Shown here: one piece after another, positions 49,231 through 62,195 of the stretch
Layout: every line of letters begins with the position of its first letter
How positions within the stretch are numbered: the stretch's first letter is position 1
NCBI GenBank assembly: GCA_003971905.1
Contig: RSEE01000074.1
Location: 124,001-188,000, forward strand
Length of the DNA: 64,000 nt
Reading direction: 5' to 3'
Source of the DNA: Moniliella sp. 'wahieum'
Lineage: Eukaryota
Notes under the pieces: model-generated
What the model saw: the letters and a program-made list of their open reading frames with translations, nothing else
Told to the model about the DNA's origin: nothing
The model's database searches: none
Translations under genes and position numbers: made by a program

Positions 49231-49445
49231 CGCACCGGGTCTTCCTCGACTGGCTCCCCCTCCCTTGGCGTTGGCCACCAAGTACATACGCATGGCATCA
49301 CACGCGCAACGGTGCCACCGCCACCTATCCCCATCCCCATCATAATCACCATCACCGTCGCCATCCTCGGATCCTGGGCACAAGTTTCACATTTCACGGG
49401 AGCCACCCCTGCACCACCCATCCGGCCATCACACATCACGCGTCT

Positions 49446-50743
49446 TCAAGCCTCACGCTGGGTACTCCACCGCGCTCCAGCAGCGCGCGCCGCGGTCCGC
49501 GTCCCAGCCCAAGCGCGCAAGAACCGCAAGCCCGCCGGGTTGTTGTATTCGGTCGAAGCGAGCAAGCAGGCCGGGTGGACCGCGACCTCGGAGCCGAGGG
49601 CTGGAACAGGGATGGCCAAAGCTTCCAGTGTCGGAGCAAGGGCGGCCCAGTGTCGAGCGGCATAGAGAGCGACGAGATCATGGCCTACCTGTTGCTTGCC
49701 TTGCCCACGGCGGTGAGTGGGGGTGACATGCAAGGAGGCCAGTGTGAGGGCCGAGTGAGTTGCTACCCATGCTACTGGCCCTTCGTCCCTCAAGCAGGCA
49801 GAGAGACGGGCGGCGGTACGTAGGTAACTAAGTGGGAAGCCGATGTGGTTCTCCCCCTGTACTTGAACCAGGTCCTTGGGCTTCAGGCAGTCGGCCACCA
49901 GACTATTCAGTGTCCCGTCCCGCCGGCTCTGTTCGTACACCTCCACGTCCGACAGTGCGGGCGGTCGATGAAACAAGAGACAAGAGGAGCGGTACACCGA
50001 TCGGAGCCCAAGGGAGGGAAGGTTCATTGCCTCCCGTTCGACCAACCCACTCACCCCATGGAGATGCAGCGTGCCGCCTCCCACCCGGCGGAACAAAGGC
50101 GGAAGAAGCTCGGCCAAAATCCACTCAATGGCGCGTTTGGTCTCTCTTGCGCAATGGGCCAGGTGAGGGTCATTGGATGCTCCTAGCTCGGCCAGCGTAG
50201 GCCCTCCCACCACTTTCTCTTCCTCGCCCGGAGCGAAGTGATGCGGCTCGAATGTGGGGTCCAACCCTTGGAATGTGGTAGGGGTATGGTAGCATGCCCA
50301 CACCCATGTTGGCCCAGAAGAGACTCGCTGCTCATCCACACATTGACAACGCCAACCGACGCCGCATCGGCATCTCCATCCCGTGTTTCGGGATTGAAGT
50401 AGATCATGCCCCAAAACGGTTCGTCCTCTATTTTGTCGTGCAGCTGCGGTTGCGCTGCGCCATCGGACAGGAGATGGGGAGGGACTTGTCCGAAAGCGAG
50501 CCGGATCACTTGATCATCGGGCCAGGTGGGGACCGGATGATCCGTCTTGGCAAGGGGGCGGTGGAGGTCAGGCCATGCAGCCAGGTTGGTAACGTCCTGG
50601 GGGATAGCACGGTCGAACACGGCGGTAGTGAGAAGTAAATTGCGGAAGAGCTGAGAGCCTACATCTTGGGTCAAGTGGGCGACAAGGCGGTTAAAGTCCA
50701 GCTGGACTAGGGGGCGGGTGGGGAATGCTGGGTAAGTGGTCAT
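49446..50743 (-). CDS. Putative GNAT-family acetyltransferase (FR47/GLYAT-like C-terminal domain); end approximate
   Basis: SACLRDEGPVAWVATHSALTLASLHVTPTHRRGQG (motif A-like) followed by TEYNNPAGLRFL (motif B-like). Confidence 0.6.
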
Positions 50744-51186
50744 GGTGAGGTGTATGGGGACGCCGAATGGCATCCGGTTCAGTCACTAGATTGATTTAGT
50801 GACTCCTTCAGGCTGGCACAGCTGCCACGCCAATTTCTATCTCGAAAGGCGCTGAAATAAAGAAGACCTTTGAAATAGTTATGTCTCCAGCTTCCACTCT
50901 CCGAAGACATCCAATGAAACCCCAGTGGAGCTGTCCTCGCACCCTTCGCATTGGTCCGTCTGGGCATTCCCTCAGGCCTCAGGCCCTGAAGCCCTCATCC
51001 TCATCCCTCATCCCTCAACCTCTCTCACTTATTGCACTGACCACCACACCCGTGACGCTCCTATACTCGCTCTTTGCTCGCAAACAGAGGGACAGCGGCG
51101 CCCATCCAACCGACGCAGGAGAGTGCCATGCTAAAACAAACACAGACGCGGCGTGGCAAAGCGACGTTACGAACTTACTCGCACCT

Positions 51187-51674
51187 TTAGGCAACGGGCG
51201 TAAGGAAGACAACCGTCGAGTGGCCGTCCTGGATGTAAGGAGTGACGACACGGTTGAACTCCTTGCCGTGCTCGGTAGCCATGTGGGCCTTGAAGGCATC
51301 GTCGCTGTTCACACGTTCGCATGTCAGCCGTACTGCTGGGTTCGATTTCGCAGCGTGCCTGCCTGGCCTTGCGTGCCCCGGGCACATGTATTGTGTAGAG
51401 GCCAAGCGGGAAAGAAAGAGACATCGAGCACCAGGAGAAGATTCAAGCAAGGCTGACGCGGCTGTGGGGAGGGGGCGGAGGGGAGCGGCGTACTCAGCGT
51501 AAGTCTCTCGACGTGGAACTCGTCTGGGCTGTCAGCCTTGGTGTAGACGACGAAGCGGACGTTGCCAGGCTCGTTGGCGCGGATGGTCTTAGCCAGGTTG
51601 GAGAGCAGCTCGGCGACCTTGGCGCGCTGGCCGGGGAGCGCGGTCATGGTAGCGTACAGAACCTTGGCGGGCAT
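51187..51674 (-). CDS. ABM (antibiotic biosynthesis monooxygenase / putative quinol monooxygenase) domain protein, about 99 aa; intron 51305-51493
   Basis: MPAKVLYATMTALPGQRAKVAELL..L..TIRANEPGNVRFVVY.....PDEFHV(E)ETYAD/DDAFKAHMATEH: classic ABM EPG..F..Y / E.Y....A...H pattern. One indel is needed before the intron. TATA-like TATATA near 51745-51750. Confidence 0.85.
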
Positions 51675-52202
51675 GGCGGTATGGGTGGGTAGGTGCAAGT
51701 GGCGGTGGAGAGGAGAGAGCTGGCAGAGGCGTGAAGGTGCAGGGGTATATAAACACCAGCTGACCCGTGCTCTGGCCCACGCGCTGAGCCGAACATGAGG
51801 GGGACGGGAACGTTTGAAATGGTGTGGCACCCCGCCCAGTTGGCTCACCCCCACTCGCCTGGGCCGGGCACGCAGGGCTCAGCCTGGGACTGGGAGCTGA
51901 GGCACAGCTGGCTCAGCGGCTCAGCCCACAGTGGGACCGAGCACATTGCGTCTCAGTCTCACCCGCCGAACTTGCGCTGCTCTGGAGCACATCCGTCGTC
52001 AAATTCGTCGATGAGGTCGACGGGCGTCAGTACCGCCAGTCGTCATGCATCAGCTGACGCCCTGAAGCGGTGATTCGGATCGGGCATGGCGTGCGTTCTT
52101 GATGTTACGTCATTAACATTTCATTCCAGGGCGCCCAAACCGCGTGAGTTCCGTCGCGTCGGAGTAAGCCATGCCACTTCGACGTCTTCAACTTCAAAAC
52201 GG

Positions 52203-52263
52203 TTGAAGCTTCCTTGAAGCTAGCTTGAAGCTAGGTTCAAGCTTCAAGCTTCAAGCTTCAAGC
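52203..52263. repeat. TTGAAGC/TTCAAGC heptamer array that switches orientation
   Basis: ttgaagcttccttgaagctagcttgaagctaggttcaagcttcaagcttcaagcttcaagc. Confidence 0.85.
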
Positions 52264-53148
52264 CTCCTCGAGCTTCATTCTAGGCTAAGCAATCTGGACT
52301 CCCACTCTCAGCGCTGCTCAGCCCTCCCTCAGGTCTCAGCCCCCCTGGCCCTAAATAAGGCCACAGTATGCGTCGGGGACGGTGGACATCAAGGCAAAGG
52401 CAGGGCCCCGAGACTGCGTGGCGTGGAACTGGGACTGTGGCTGCAACGCGATATTATGAAGTAGGGAGAAGGAGCACTCATATTTTTGACGGTCTGCCGA
52501 CGTTCGTCCAGCTTCAACAGCTCCACTCTTGTTCGGGTCTCAGATCCACCTATCTCGGAGAAACCCCAGCACCGTATTGAATACGGAGAGGGCAGAGATG
52601 GTTGGATTGGACCGAGTCGACCATGCCTGGGATCAAGCATGTGCGCTTTAAAGAGCTTTCATTGGAGGTGCTTAGGTTGTGAGCAAAAAGTGGTCGTGGG
52701 GGCCCCGCTGCGTCAAGCTATCTTCCGACGATCCACAATAACTGTTTAACGTTCAGGCTGAACCCTGAGGTCAGGCCCGAGCGCCCGAGCATGAGCCCCT
52801 CCGAGATGTAACAACACATGTGAATCATCGATCAGCCCTCAGAACACCTCAGGGGAAGTTGGATACATACACGCGTAACAGGGGTACTGGCCCATGGAGG
52901 AGATCAGGCGAGCCGAAGTAGATGGAGGTTATATAACAAGCGGGACAAGGAGGGTGGTTGGCGCTCTGCTACCTGAAACGGCATTACCTCGATCGCAGCT
53001 GGTCGATCTTGATATGGAACCACAAGAGCAAGGGTCAGAACGGGACAGATAGAGGCAAGTAAACGGTCGATGAACATGATGAGGTCAACAGCCCACGACA
53101 GATGTGGTGCTGGGAACAGGAAAGCGAAGCAAGAGCAACGTGAGCGAC

Positions 53149-53178
53149 GTGACTAGTAACTAGTGACTAGTGACTAGC
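53149..53178. repeat. (GACTAGT) heptamer array x4
   Basis: gtgactagtaactagtgactagtgactagc. Confidence 0.85.
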
Positions 53179-53334
53179 TCCGAGTCTCAAGTGCTACTGA
53201 ACGAATATACATCCTTGATGGGGGGGGGGGGGGGGCATATGTGGGGCATGAAACATGAAAAGCTTGAAGATTCAACGCAGAGCCGAAAGCGTAGGACGGG
53301 GCATGAGAGGAAAACGAAAGAGGGATGTATGGGG

Positions 53335-56300
53335 TTAAGCAAGGTACCGTTCGTTGAGCAAGGTGATCTCGCGGGCAAGCATGCCCCACGTGAGGCGAAG
53401 TGAGCGCTGGGAGAGGGGAGAGGCATGACCAAAGGCCAACAGACCATATCCACACGGAGGGGTCTGCCCTTCCCACCGTCTCACAGTTGTACCGGCACCC
53501 AGATCCACATCCAGGTCCTTCTCCTTGTCCAAATCATAGATCTCTTCCAACACGGTGCCGGTGGAGGTAGGACGGGCAAAGAGCAATCCGCTTGCGGTGC
53601 TGTGGGCCACCGACTTGATTTGACGCAAATGCTGCTGGCACTCTGGAAGCGGGTGCAACACATCCCCATCCGACCGGCGGCGAAGACACTGGAGCGAATG
53701 GGCATGGGCCACATCATCAATGGGAGCTGCGGGGGCCAAGGATGGGTGAACAGGAAGCGGAAGTGCAAGTTCGGCCTCGCACAGGGCTGGGGGGCAAGAC
53801 GCTCGACGGGAGTGGACGCGTGCAAGGTAGGTCTCCCACCCACGAAGTTCCCAGAAGAAGAGAAGGTGGGGCTGAATGAGGATGTTTAGCCTTCGAGAGC
53901 GGACAAAAAGGTAGGCTTCCACAAGAGAGAGGTCGAGATGGGCCATGACATAGGCTAAGACGATAGTGGATGACCGAGATACTCCGACGCGACAATGGAC
54001 AAGCACTTTGCCCCCTTTGCGCCGTGCTGCCTCAATATACTCGGCTGCTTCTTTCATTGTCGAACGCAACGGGTCGATCCCATCGTCCGAAACGTTGAGC
54101 AAATTCAAAACCGACATACGTCCCGCCGCTTGCTCCGCCCAGAGGCAATTGGCCAACACAGCAGGCATCGCCTCCGTCGAAACTTTTCCAGGCTCTTTCC
54201 CATGGAACGTAGACGCTGTCGCAGCCTCCATGCCAGAGGGGAGGGAGAGCGCAGACTCACCAACAGATACAACGTGAGTGATGCCCAGTGCGCGGAGCAT
54301 GCCTGCGTTCATAGCATGATTGAGGTTGCCGAGATACAGAAAGTCCATACGGGAGGGAAAGGATCCTTCAAAGAGCGGATCATAAAACCATCCATATTTG
54401 ACTTGTGGGCTCCGAGTCGGCGCAGGCGATCCAAAGCGCTTTGCGATCCGTTCTTCAATGTGGCTGAGAAGAGGTACCTCGTGTGGGTACACAAAAAGGA
54501 GCGGCGAAGCTCATTTTGGAGAGTAAGATATGCCTCTGGTAAGGTGAGGCCCGGCCTGGTGGTCAATAAATACGTCAAGGCCAAGATGGACGTTTCAGTG
54601 TAGCCATCACCACAGTGGATGAGCATTTTGCGCGGCAAAAACCCCTTCATCTGAGAGAAGGCTGGGTCGGTTTGCTGCTTGATCCATACAGCCAAGTTGA
54701 TCATATCGTCGGCATATGTAGTAGCGGAAGAGGCCTTCGACTCAGGCGTCGCACACTCTAGCAGCACCACATTCGTCAGAGGCACGGGCACGCTACCGGT
54801 TCGTTCCTGAGGGGACGAGGTCGGGACGAGGCCCGCTTCTGGGGTCCAAAGGAGATCCCGTCTCCTTTTGTTCCTCTCTGGCTTGCAAAGTAGGTTTCTT
54901 GCAAAGTATCCATGTAGGTAGCGACTTGATCTAACCGCTCATCGCCGGGCATTCTGCCCCGATCATGTACCTCGATACACACAGCGTAATTTTGGGGGTT
55001 CGTCCGTGAAGCGGCCGCCACCGAGCTCCACTCGCTCTCAGACATGCTAGTGTCAGGAATGGGAATCGCCATTGCTACCAAGAAAAACGTTGGTATCAAT
55101 CTCGCTGACACGGGAAAGGGTCTCCATCTCCACCCGCTCCCGCTCAATGAAGTCGATTTGATTTGTTCGATTGCCCTGTGAGTCCACCGCAACGAGGGAA
55201 GGACACACCTGCTCGAACTGCTTAAACGAATCTGCACATTCGGTCAGTCTCTCTCCCTTGAGCTCGATGCACATATGCGGGGGCGGGGGGCGGGGGGGGG
55301 AAGGGAAAGCGACATACCCTTAATTACGAACACGTTGTAACGCAAGGAGCCCAATCCGCGTGCCAGACGCTGACGGTAGATCTGCTCCTGAGCATATTGG
55401 AAACGCTTAGCAAGGCGAACATACCCTCATGGAGGCCAGTGGGAGCGTAAAGAACCAAATCGGAGATGGTGGCATATTTAGCGCATTGAATGTGGAAATT
55501 GCGTAGACTTACCCCACTCGACGGGCGGGGGGTTAGGAAGCCGTCGTCGCCAAGGATCTCGGTGGGATAGACCGTAGAAGCCAAAAGAGAATGGCTGGGT
55601 TGGGCATCGTATGCACACCAGTCCTTATCATCCTCTTTTTGTGACTGGGGCACGGCAGGTGTCACAGGCGAGGGAGGGTAGCTGCTGAATGAGGAACTCG
55701 AGGCCGCGGGGGAAAAGCTGAGACTACTTTGCCGCGAGGAGGCGATGGAGGTAGTGTAGGCCGAAGCAGATGAAGCGCTGTCTTCCCTCTGCCGGTCAGC
55801 GTAGGGTGGGCTAAGGTCAGAGTAAAGGGATTGGACGGAGGCCCGCTGGGGTGCAGACGGTGAAGAAATGTCGCACCCGTCGCTCCATGGGGAATGACCA
55901 CCGCCAGCACCAAACACACGTTCGTCTGGACTAGGCATATCGGCTCGGACCAGTGTCAGACCACGGTAATTGGGTGTGGGCATTCCAGTCACGGGGGCAC
56001 CAAAGAAGAGGTTCTGTGCTGCATTCTCGCCCTCGACGCCGTGGAGAAAAGGAAAAACGACAGCATGGGGCACATCAAGAGCAGCATAGCGCGCCTGCAG
56101 ATTGGAGAATTGGGCGGCGGACATTGTGCGCAACAGCGGTGGCGGATCCTCGAGGTCATCTTGTTCGCTGGTGTCAGAGGCGAGAGGTAGGGGAGGATAT
56201 TGGTCCAGATCAAAGTGTTGGAGACCCCAAGACGGTCGAGCATGATCGGGATGGATGGGTGGGCAGGTGGGCTGGTGCTCAGAGGAGGGGGTTGTGGGGA

Positions 56301-56596
56301 GGTGGGAGGCAGAGAGGGCGGAAAGGGAATGGGAATGGGACTGAGAAGAGTGGTGGGCGACCGTCGACGGGGGCAGCATGGGGGTCGAGGAGGGTCGGGT
56401 GCGCTGGCACGGGTGGGTTGGTGACGGTCTGCAGGGTGGCAGGCGGTGTTGGGCACGAGGGTGAGTTGGCCTGCGGGCTGCGCGGGGGTCGGGAGGGTGT
56501 ACGCGACATGGGTGGCGGGTGAACTGCTGGGGCGGCTGCTGCTGCTGGGCGCACACGCGGGGCGACCGGGTGGAGGGGCACGCTGAACTCGGGCAT
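53335..56596 (-). CDS. PPS1: Dual-specificity protein phosphatase Pps1-like; intron 55232-55317; start approximate
   Basis: VVFPFLHG, SLRNFHIQCAKYATISDLVLY, SEIDTNVFLGS, degenerate LIHCGDGYTETS, FPSRMDFLYLGNLNHAMNAGMLRALGITHVVSVGE, catalytic VHCRVGVSRS, VRSRRLNILIQPHL. Confidence 0.9.
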
Positions 56597-57057
56597 GGCA
56601 AGCAGCGGGGGCAGATGGAGCCGGTGCAGGGGGAGGCGAAAAGAAGACGGGGTGGCAGCGCAGACGCAGACGCGCGATGGGACAGGCGAGGTGGGCGAGG
56701 ATGGAGAGAGATGCGAAGAGGGTATATATAGGAGCACCACCCCTCCAGCGTCACGGACCAACGCCGCGGACACAGCAAGTCGCCAACGCTGGCGCTGCGT
56801 ACGTACCAGCGCCCACCAACAAGGCACCCGCCTGCGAGCTGGTATGTCCCCGCGTCCTAAACCCCGCCGAGCGGCAGGCAGTGTGACGCGTGACGCATAG
56901 CGTGTGACATGCGACGCATGATGTGCGACACATGACCTGTGCTGCATGTGATGTCGGCCGGTGGCGAGTGCGGGCTGGTGCGCAGCCCCGGCCACCCTCG
57001 CAGCGGACCAGGCCCGCTTGGCGGGACACAGGCCGTGTGCCAGGGCCTGGTGGGTGG

Positions 57058-57195
57058 GATGATCGATGATCGATGTGGCCGGCATTAATGCATAGTAGCT
57101 AGTAGCTAGTGATCGATGATCGATGAGGGGCACGTATAGTACCTAGTAAGTACCTTAGGCCTAACCTTAGGCCCAAGACCCAGGACCCTAGGCGC
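57058..57195. repeat. Composite palindromic heptamer block: (ATCGATG)n, (TAGCTAG)n, (ATCGATG)n, then CCTNAGG/CCTAGG units
   Basis: gatgatcgatgatcgatg...tagtagctagtagctagtgatcgatgatcgatga...ccttaggcctaaccttaggcc. Confidence 0.8.
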
Positions 57196-59520
57196 TCTGA
57201 ATCTGACGCTCCATATTCAGAAAGCGCTACTGCCTCTGGTAACCGGTAAGCACGACGCATCACAGAGGCATGCCGACACGTGTCCGCATTCCGAATGATT
57301 AATCTTAGACGCTAAACGTAGGACGGGCCCTTGGGCGCCGGGCTGCCGGTGGCCCGCTCTGGGGTGGGGTTATGAGGCACGCCAATCTGAGCGCAGCGTA
57401 GGAGCTCTGTATACTCCGCGGCACAGGTCTCATATCCGGTTGGATGTGCCTTGGAGCTTCGGTCTTGACCCTATCAAACATCTCCTCAAGTACCGTGGTG
57501 GGCACACACTGCATAGAGCACGTCTGCCTCCCCCTCCCCCGACTTGGCCTGTGGGCCGTGTGAGACGCCGCTGAGGCAGGCAGACTGTCGAAATACACTC
57601 GGAGGATACTGAGTTCCATACTACTACTTAGTCCAGAGGGAGTCCTCCCTTCAGCGCCTTCGGCGCTGATGCAGCTGTTGACGCATATTATTGATGGACT
57701 AATCCGTATGACTGTTGCAGAACCCACCAGTGGTATTGTTAGGACAGCGTCAAATGTTGACCTAGTCCAACGTGTTCAACGTTCAGGCGTTCACCGGGTC
57801 TGAACCGAATGTACCTTAACACCACGGTGGATACCTTGGGCGTAATATACGCACCTACCACCACAGTGTGACTATAGCGACGGGGTGTGTTTAGCGCTTA
57901 TAATATGTGCTGCGCCGAAAACCTTGGTGCTCCGCGTCTCCATTGTCTTTCTAGTTGCATGTAATCTCGTGTGGCCATGTATATTCCTCTCCCCCAAAAA
58001 ACAAAATTCAATCTTAGCTTCAAGTTCCAAGCTCAGGCTGGGAAGCGTTGGGCGAAGAAAAAGGGTTGCCAAACTCCCTTGATTGCCACATGATGCATGA
58101 TGCCTTATAACCCACCGGTCCCGCTGACTTCAAAGTAGGGATGAGTCGCGATCGGGGAAGAAAAGTCTTCGGGGATGACTGTCCTATATCCATTGATATC
58201 AGAATGGAGGGTCCGTGGTGCTTGTTGATGCGGAAGAGTGCTTTGTCCTTTTCGAAGAACCGCGAAGGCACGTCTTGCCTCCTCAGGTCTCGGCCCCTCA
58301 CCGTCTGTTGTTTTCCACTTCCTCGCATACTACTGCAGACCATCCCATACAGAACCGACCCATGTATAGGCTTCCGTCTAGAAAAGCGACCCGCAATAAA
58401 AGATGAGAAGAAAAATGTGATACGTGTTGTGTACCTACAAAAAACGCCCTAAAGGCGTAATGCAGTGCCACACTGCAAACCCAATTCATGCAGGAAAATG
58501 GGACCGTAACACGCAAAGCCACACACCGTGTGTTATCTCTATCATCGATATCATCGATATCATCCCTGCATCAAGAGCATTATGGAGAGAGCAATTCAAC
58601 CCCCCCGTCCCTCCTCGCCAACGAGCGGATATAGAGACGGGAGATATATCAAACAGAGTGGGGTTCATCTCTACTGCTATGCGTTTGAAAGGCAGATACA
58701 TAGAAGAGCCTCCCAGCGTAGCGGGCCCGAGACGGTCCCACTGTGCTTACTTAGCGCGCACCTCAGTCCGGCTGACTGTGGACCCACACCGAACTCCTCT
58801 TGGCAGCATATGCTCGCCCTCAAACGAATCAACGTTCAACGTCCTTAATAACGCGTCAAGCTCAATATATCTGGCCCGGCTAATCCCAATCGGACCAAGC
58901 CCTCCCAGTATCCCCATCTCAGAGAGCCTCGATGGACTAGCAACCCATCTCAGGTCCGTCCCGCCTCGCTCTCTGCTCCACTAGAAGAACCCAACCGAGA
59001 TGACTCTTGACAGCCATGCTCACCCATCTCAGATCATCGGTCCGAGATCTCAATCTGTCACATCGGCAGAGAGTCCCCTCGGGCCCCCATGTTCACGGCA
59101 TCCACTCTTCGTTCAAGCTTTCGCCTATGTAAATAGTTTTGAAGGGACCAGGAGGAATGCAACAGGCCCGCCGTTAGGTTGGGCGCCTTTTTCACCTCGT
59201 AGGCCTGCACAGCTCTCACCATGGCTCGGACCGCACGCGTTGTGGACAGGCTTTTGTATCATTGGTACGGAGTCTGATAGGGTGAAGGATTGGCAAGATA
59301 CCCCATTGTGGAACTTCTGCTGCCATCGGGTCAGAGCGGGAGCACATGATGCATGATGAGTCTTTCGACAGTCTATAGGTATAGGTTTTCGGGGATTCGT
59401 TCCCCCCATCTGTATTGCCCAGGATGAAAAGGCAGAGGTGAGCAAGCAAAGCAGCATGATGCATTTTGGGGGGGGTTACTCGGACCCCGACGCTGTTGGG
59501 CCACGGTGCGCGCCACATGG

Positions 59521-62195
59521 TCATAGTAGCCCTCGGCGAAGCGGCGAAAGATGCGCAGCATAAAGGCGCGTCGGGCCAAGGAGAGCAGATGCAAGTCTTC
59601 CGACGCATCGCGTGAGGTGGGTGCTTCGTCCCATGCGCCCGGGGGCGAAGGCAAGGGAGGTGCGCGCATTTGCAATTGCAGTTGCACGCGGTTGGCCTCG
59701 CCAGTGCTTCGGCCCGTTGGTACGATCGCGTTCTTGCATCAGCTCCTGGACGAGTACACCTTGCTCGCCAGACGTACCCTGTCCGCCGACCCGATCGCAT
59801 CCCCCTCGCCCGGCCAGAGGTGGCGGTGTGGCAGCCGATCCAGTAACGCTTCGATCCGTCGCCCCCACTTGTGCACATTCACGTCCATCAGGAAGAACTT
59901 GCTACGCAGCACAGCGTCCGCCTCGACACCTTGCTGCAACGCCAGGGAGAGCAACTGCTGCAGGGCAAGAAACAGTTTTCTCCGCTGCAGTTGAGCAGCA
60001 CAGTGAGTAACAGCTGCGGCGACCGGAGCCAGGCCGCGTCCTGGGTCGGATCCAGTACGTTGGGTAGGCCCTCGGGATCGGTCAGCGCCAGCACCCTCTG
60101 CACCCGCTCCATCAAGGGTGAGGCCACCTCGGTTTCCGCGCCCAAGCCAGATTGATGCCCAAGGTCGACAACTCATCCACCTCTTCGCTTTCCAACAACA
60201 GGCCAAATAGCGGTCGCATTTCCTCGCCTGCCAACGAAGATTTGCTGGCAGCAGCAATCAAGCGCGCCAGGAGTGGAACCGAGGGCTTGATGTCATACGT
60301 TTTCATAGCCGATTGCAGCAGTTCCCCCGCTTCGGCCAGACGACCTTGCAGGCGTGCCTCCACAAAGGGTGCAATATGGCCGAGTGCAATTTCTCACCGC
60401 GTTCTTGGAGTTGCGCAATGAGTTGCAGTCCGGCCTCTTCGTCGCGCTCCACCAGCACACGACGGCGCAGCAGGCGCGTCTCCGCATCGTACACCTCATG
60501 CATGATGGGCAGAACGGGAGCCGAACGCGGAGTGATGGGGGGCAGGGCGGAAGCGTCTTCCAGGGGAAAGAAAGGGTGGAGCCAGAAACGAGGCGCGGTG
60601 TATTTGCGTTCGACGCGTGCGCGTGCGCGCTCTTTTAGCCACAGCTCATGTTCCGGATCGTACCCCTTGGCAGCTTGGGACAGGATGGTCATCTGCTCCG
60701 GGGTAAAGAGCGGGCGGCAGGGGACACGAGTTTGCACTTGCCACGATTCGATCGACAGGGATGTTTCGTCCGTGTCCATCATCATGTGGATCAAGCACAA
60801 AACACGCGCCCAGTTGGCCGTGCCTTCCTGAGGCACAGGCGAGCGCGGCGAACAGAAACGATCCAACAGAGGCAACGAGAGAGCTTCCATTGCTGTATCG
60901 GCGCGCCAGGCGTACCAGGCACGAGAAAAGAGTAGCGAGGCAATCCAGGTCCTCAACAGCGAGGCTGACGGCACTTCTCCTCGGGCCGCATACTCAAAGA
61001 AGACAAGTTCCAACAGCGCATAGCCTTCGATGGGGCTTCCCTTTCCCGCGCCCGGAGGCGTGGGTAGCAAAACAATGTCGGCCTGTCCAATGCCATGCGC
61101 CATCATGGTCGCATTGAGAAAACATCTTCCAGACAGAGTGTATCTTGGGCGGGGGCTTGGTGGTATGTGCTAGCAGAACGGTGGGCGGGTGGCGGCGGGC
61201 GGGCAGTGGGGAGGTGGCGCAGAGGACGGGGGGCGAACGCACGAGCGCCCTCGGCCAGATTCTTGGCCCGTAGGTTGCCCAATGCGTTTATGTTCCATTT
61301 CCGCGCTTGTTCCAGGTAGGTGAGCACCGAGGGCGGAAGTAACGCGCATCTTGCGACAGCACCTCTCCCTTGTGCCGAAGCGCAGTGTGGGCGACAATCT
61401 TGGCCAGATGGGGTTGGCGCATTTCCATCCCCAGTGCCGCTACCGAAACCCAAATCTGGGCCGGGATGGGGTGCTGTAGCAAGCCCCGGACGTGGGAAAG
61501 GACGTGGGAAAATGGTTGGGTTGGTCGTGGTGCGGGTCCAGAGGAGGAGGAAGAGCTCGGCGAGGTGGTCGTCAAGCCGGCGTTCAGGAGGGTCATCGTA
61601 CACGGGCCAGGGGGGGTCGGGCGTGCGTCCCAAGGAGAATAGGGGGGCAAGGTGTGGGCGCAGGCGAGACCAGGCAGAACGCATGGCAAGCACACGCATG
61701 TACTGGGCAATGGGGGCCTGAAGCGAATTGAGCACGAATGCACCATGGGGCGTGGTCAGTTCGGCATCGCTGGCGATACGGCCAGAAAGATCGGTAGAGG
61801 CAAATTGAGAGGGGAGAAAGTGGTGCTGTCGACTGTCGACAAGAGACCGTAGTTGTTGGGTGATCCTCTCCAACGGGACAGCGGGGGCAAGCGGTGTGCT
61901 GATGCCCATGGCCACCGCATCTTCGAGCACAGACAGAATGGCCTCGATGCGAGCGGTAGGTGAGCTGAAGGGGGCAGGGGGGCGGGAGGCAGGGGCGAGG
62001 CATGGGGATGGGTATGTGGATGTGGGTCCGCCGAGGGCGATGTGGTGGAGGAGGAGGGGGGGAGGGCGAAGGCGATGGCGGCGGGTGGGGCTGCGGCGAG
62101 GGTGGATGGGGCAGCGTCGAGGCGCTGCGGACGCGAAGAGTGGAGTGCCTCCAACGGGCAGCGGCAAGGAGGGGGCGCAGCCCAGCAGCACGCAT
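59521..62195 (-). CDS. Hypothetical mitochondrial alpha-helical repeat (PPR-like) protein; several frameshifts
   Basis: Presequence-like MRAAGLRPLLAAARWRHSTLRVRSAS; PPR-like segments (LWMEARLQGRLAEAGELLQSAMKTYDIKPSVPLLARLI; MMAHGIGQAD); chain of overlapping minus-strand ORFs. Confidence 0.5.

Noticed and set aside
49446..51674. GNAT plus ABM genes as a secondary-metabolite cluster
   Set aside because: No backbone enzyme (PKS, NRPS or terpene synthase) in the window; the neighbours are housekeeping genes
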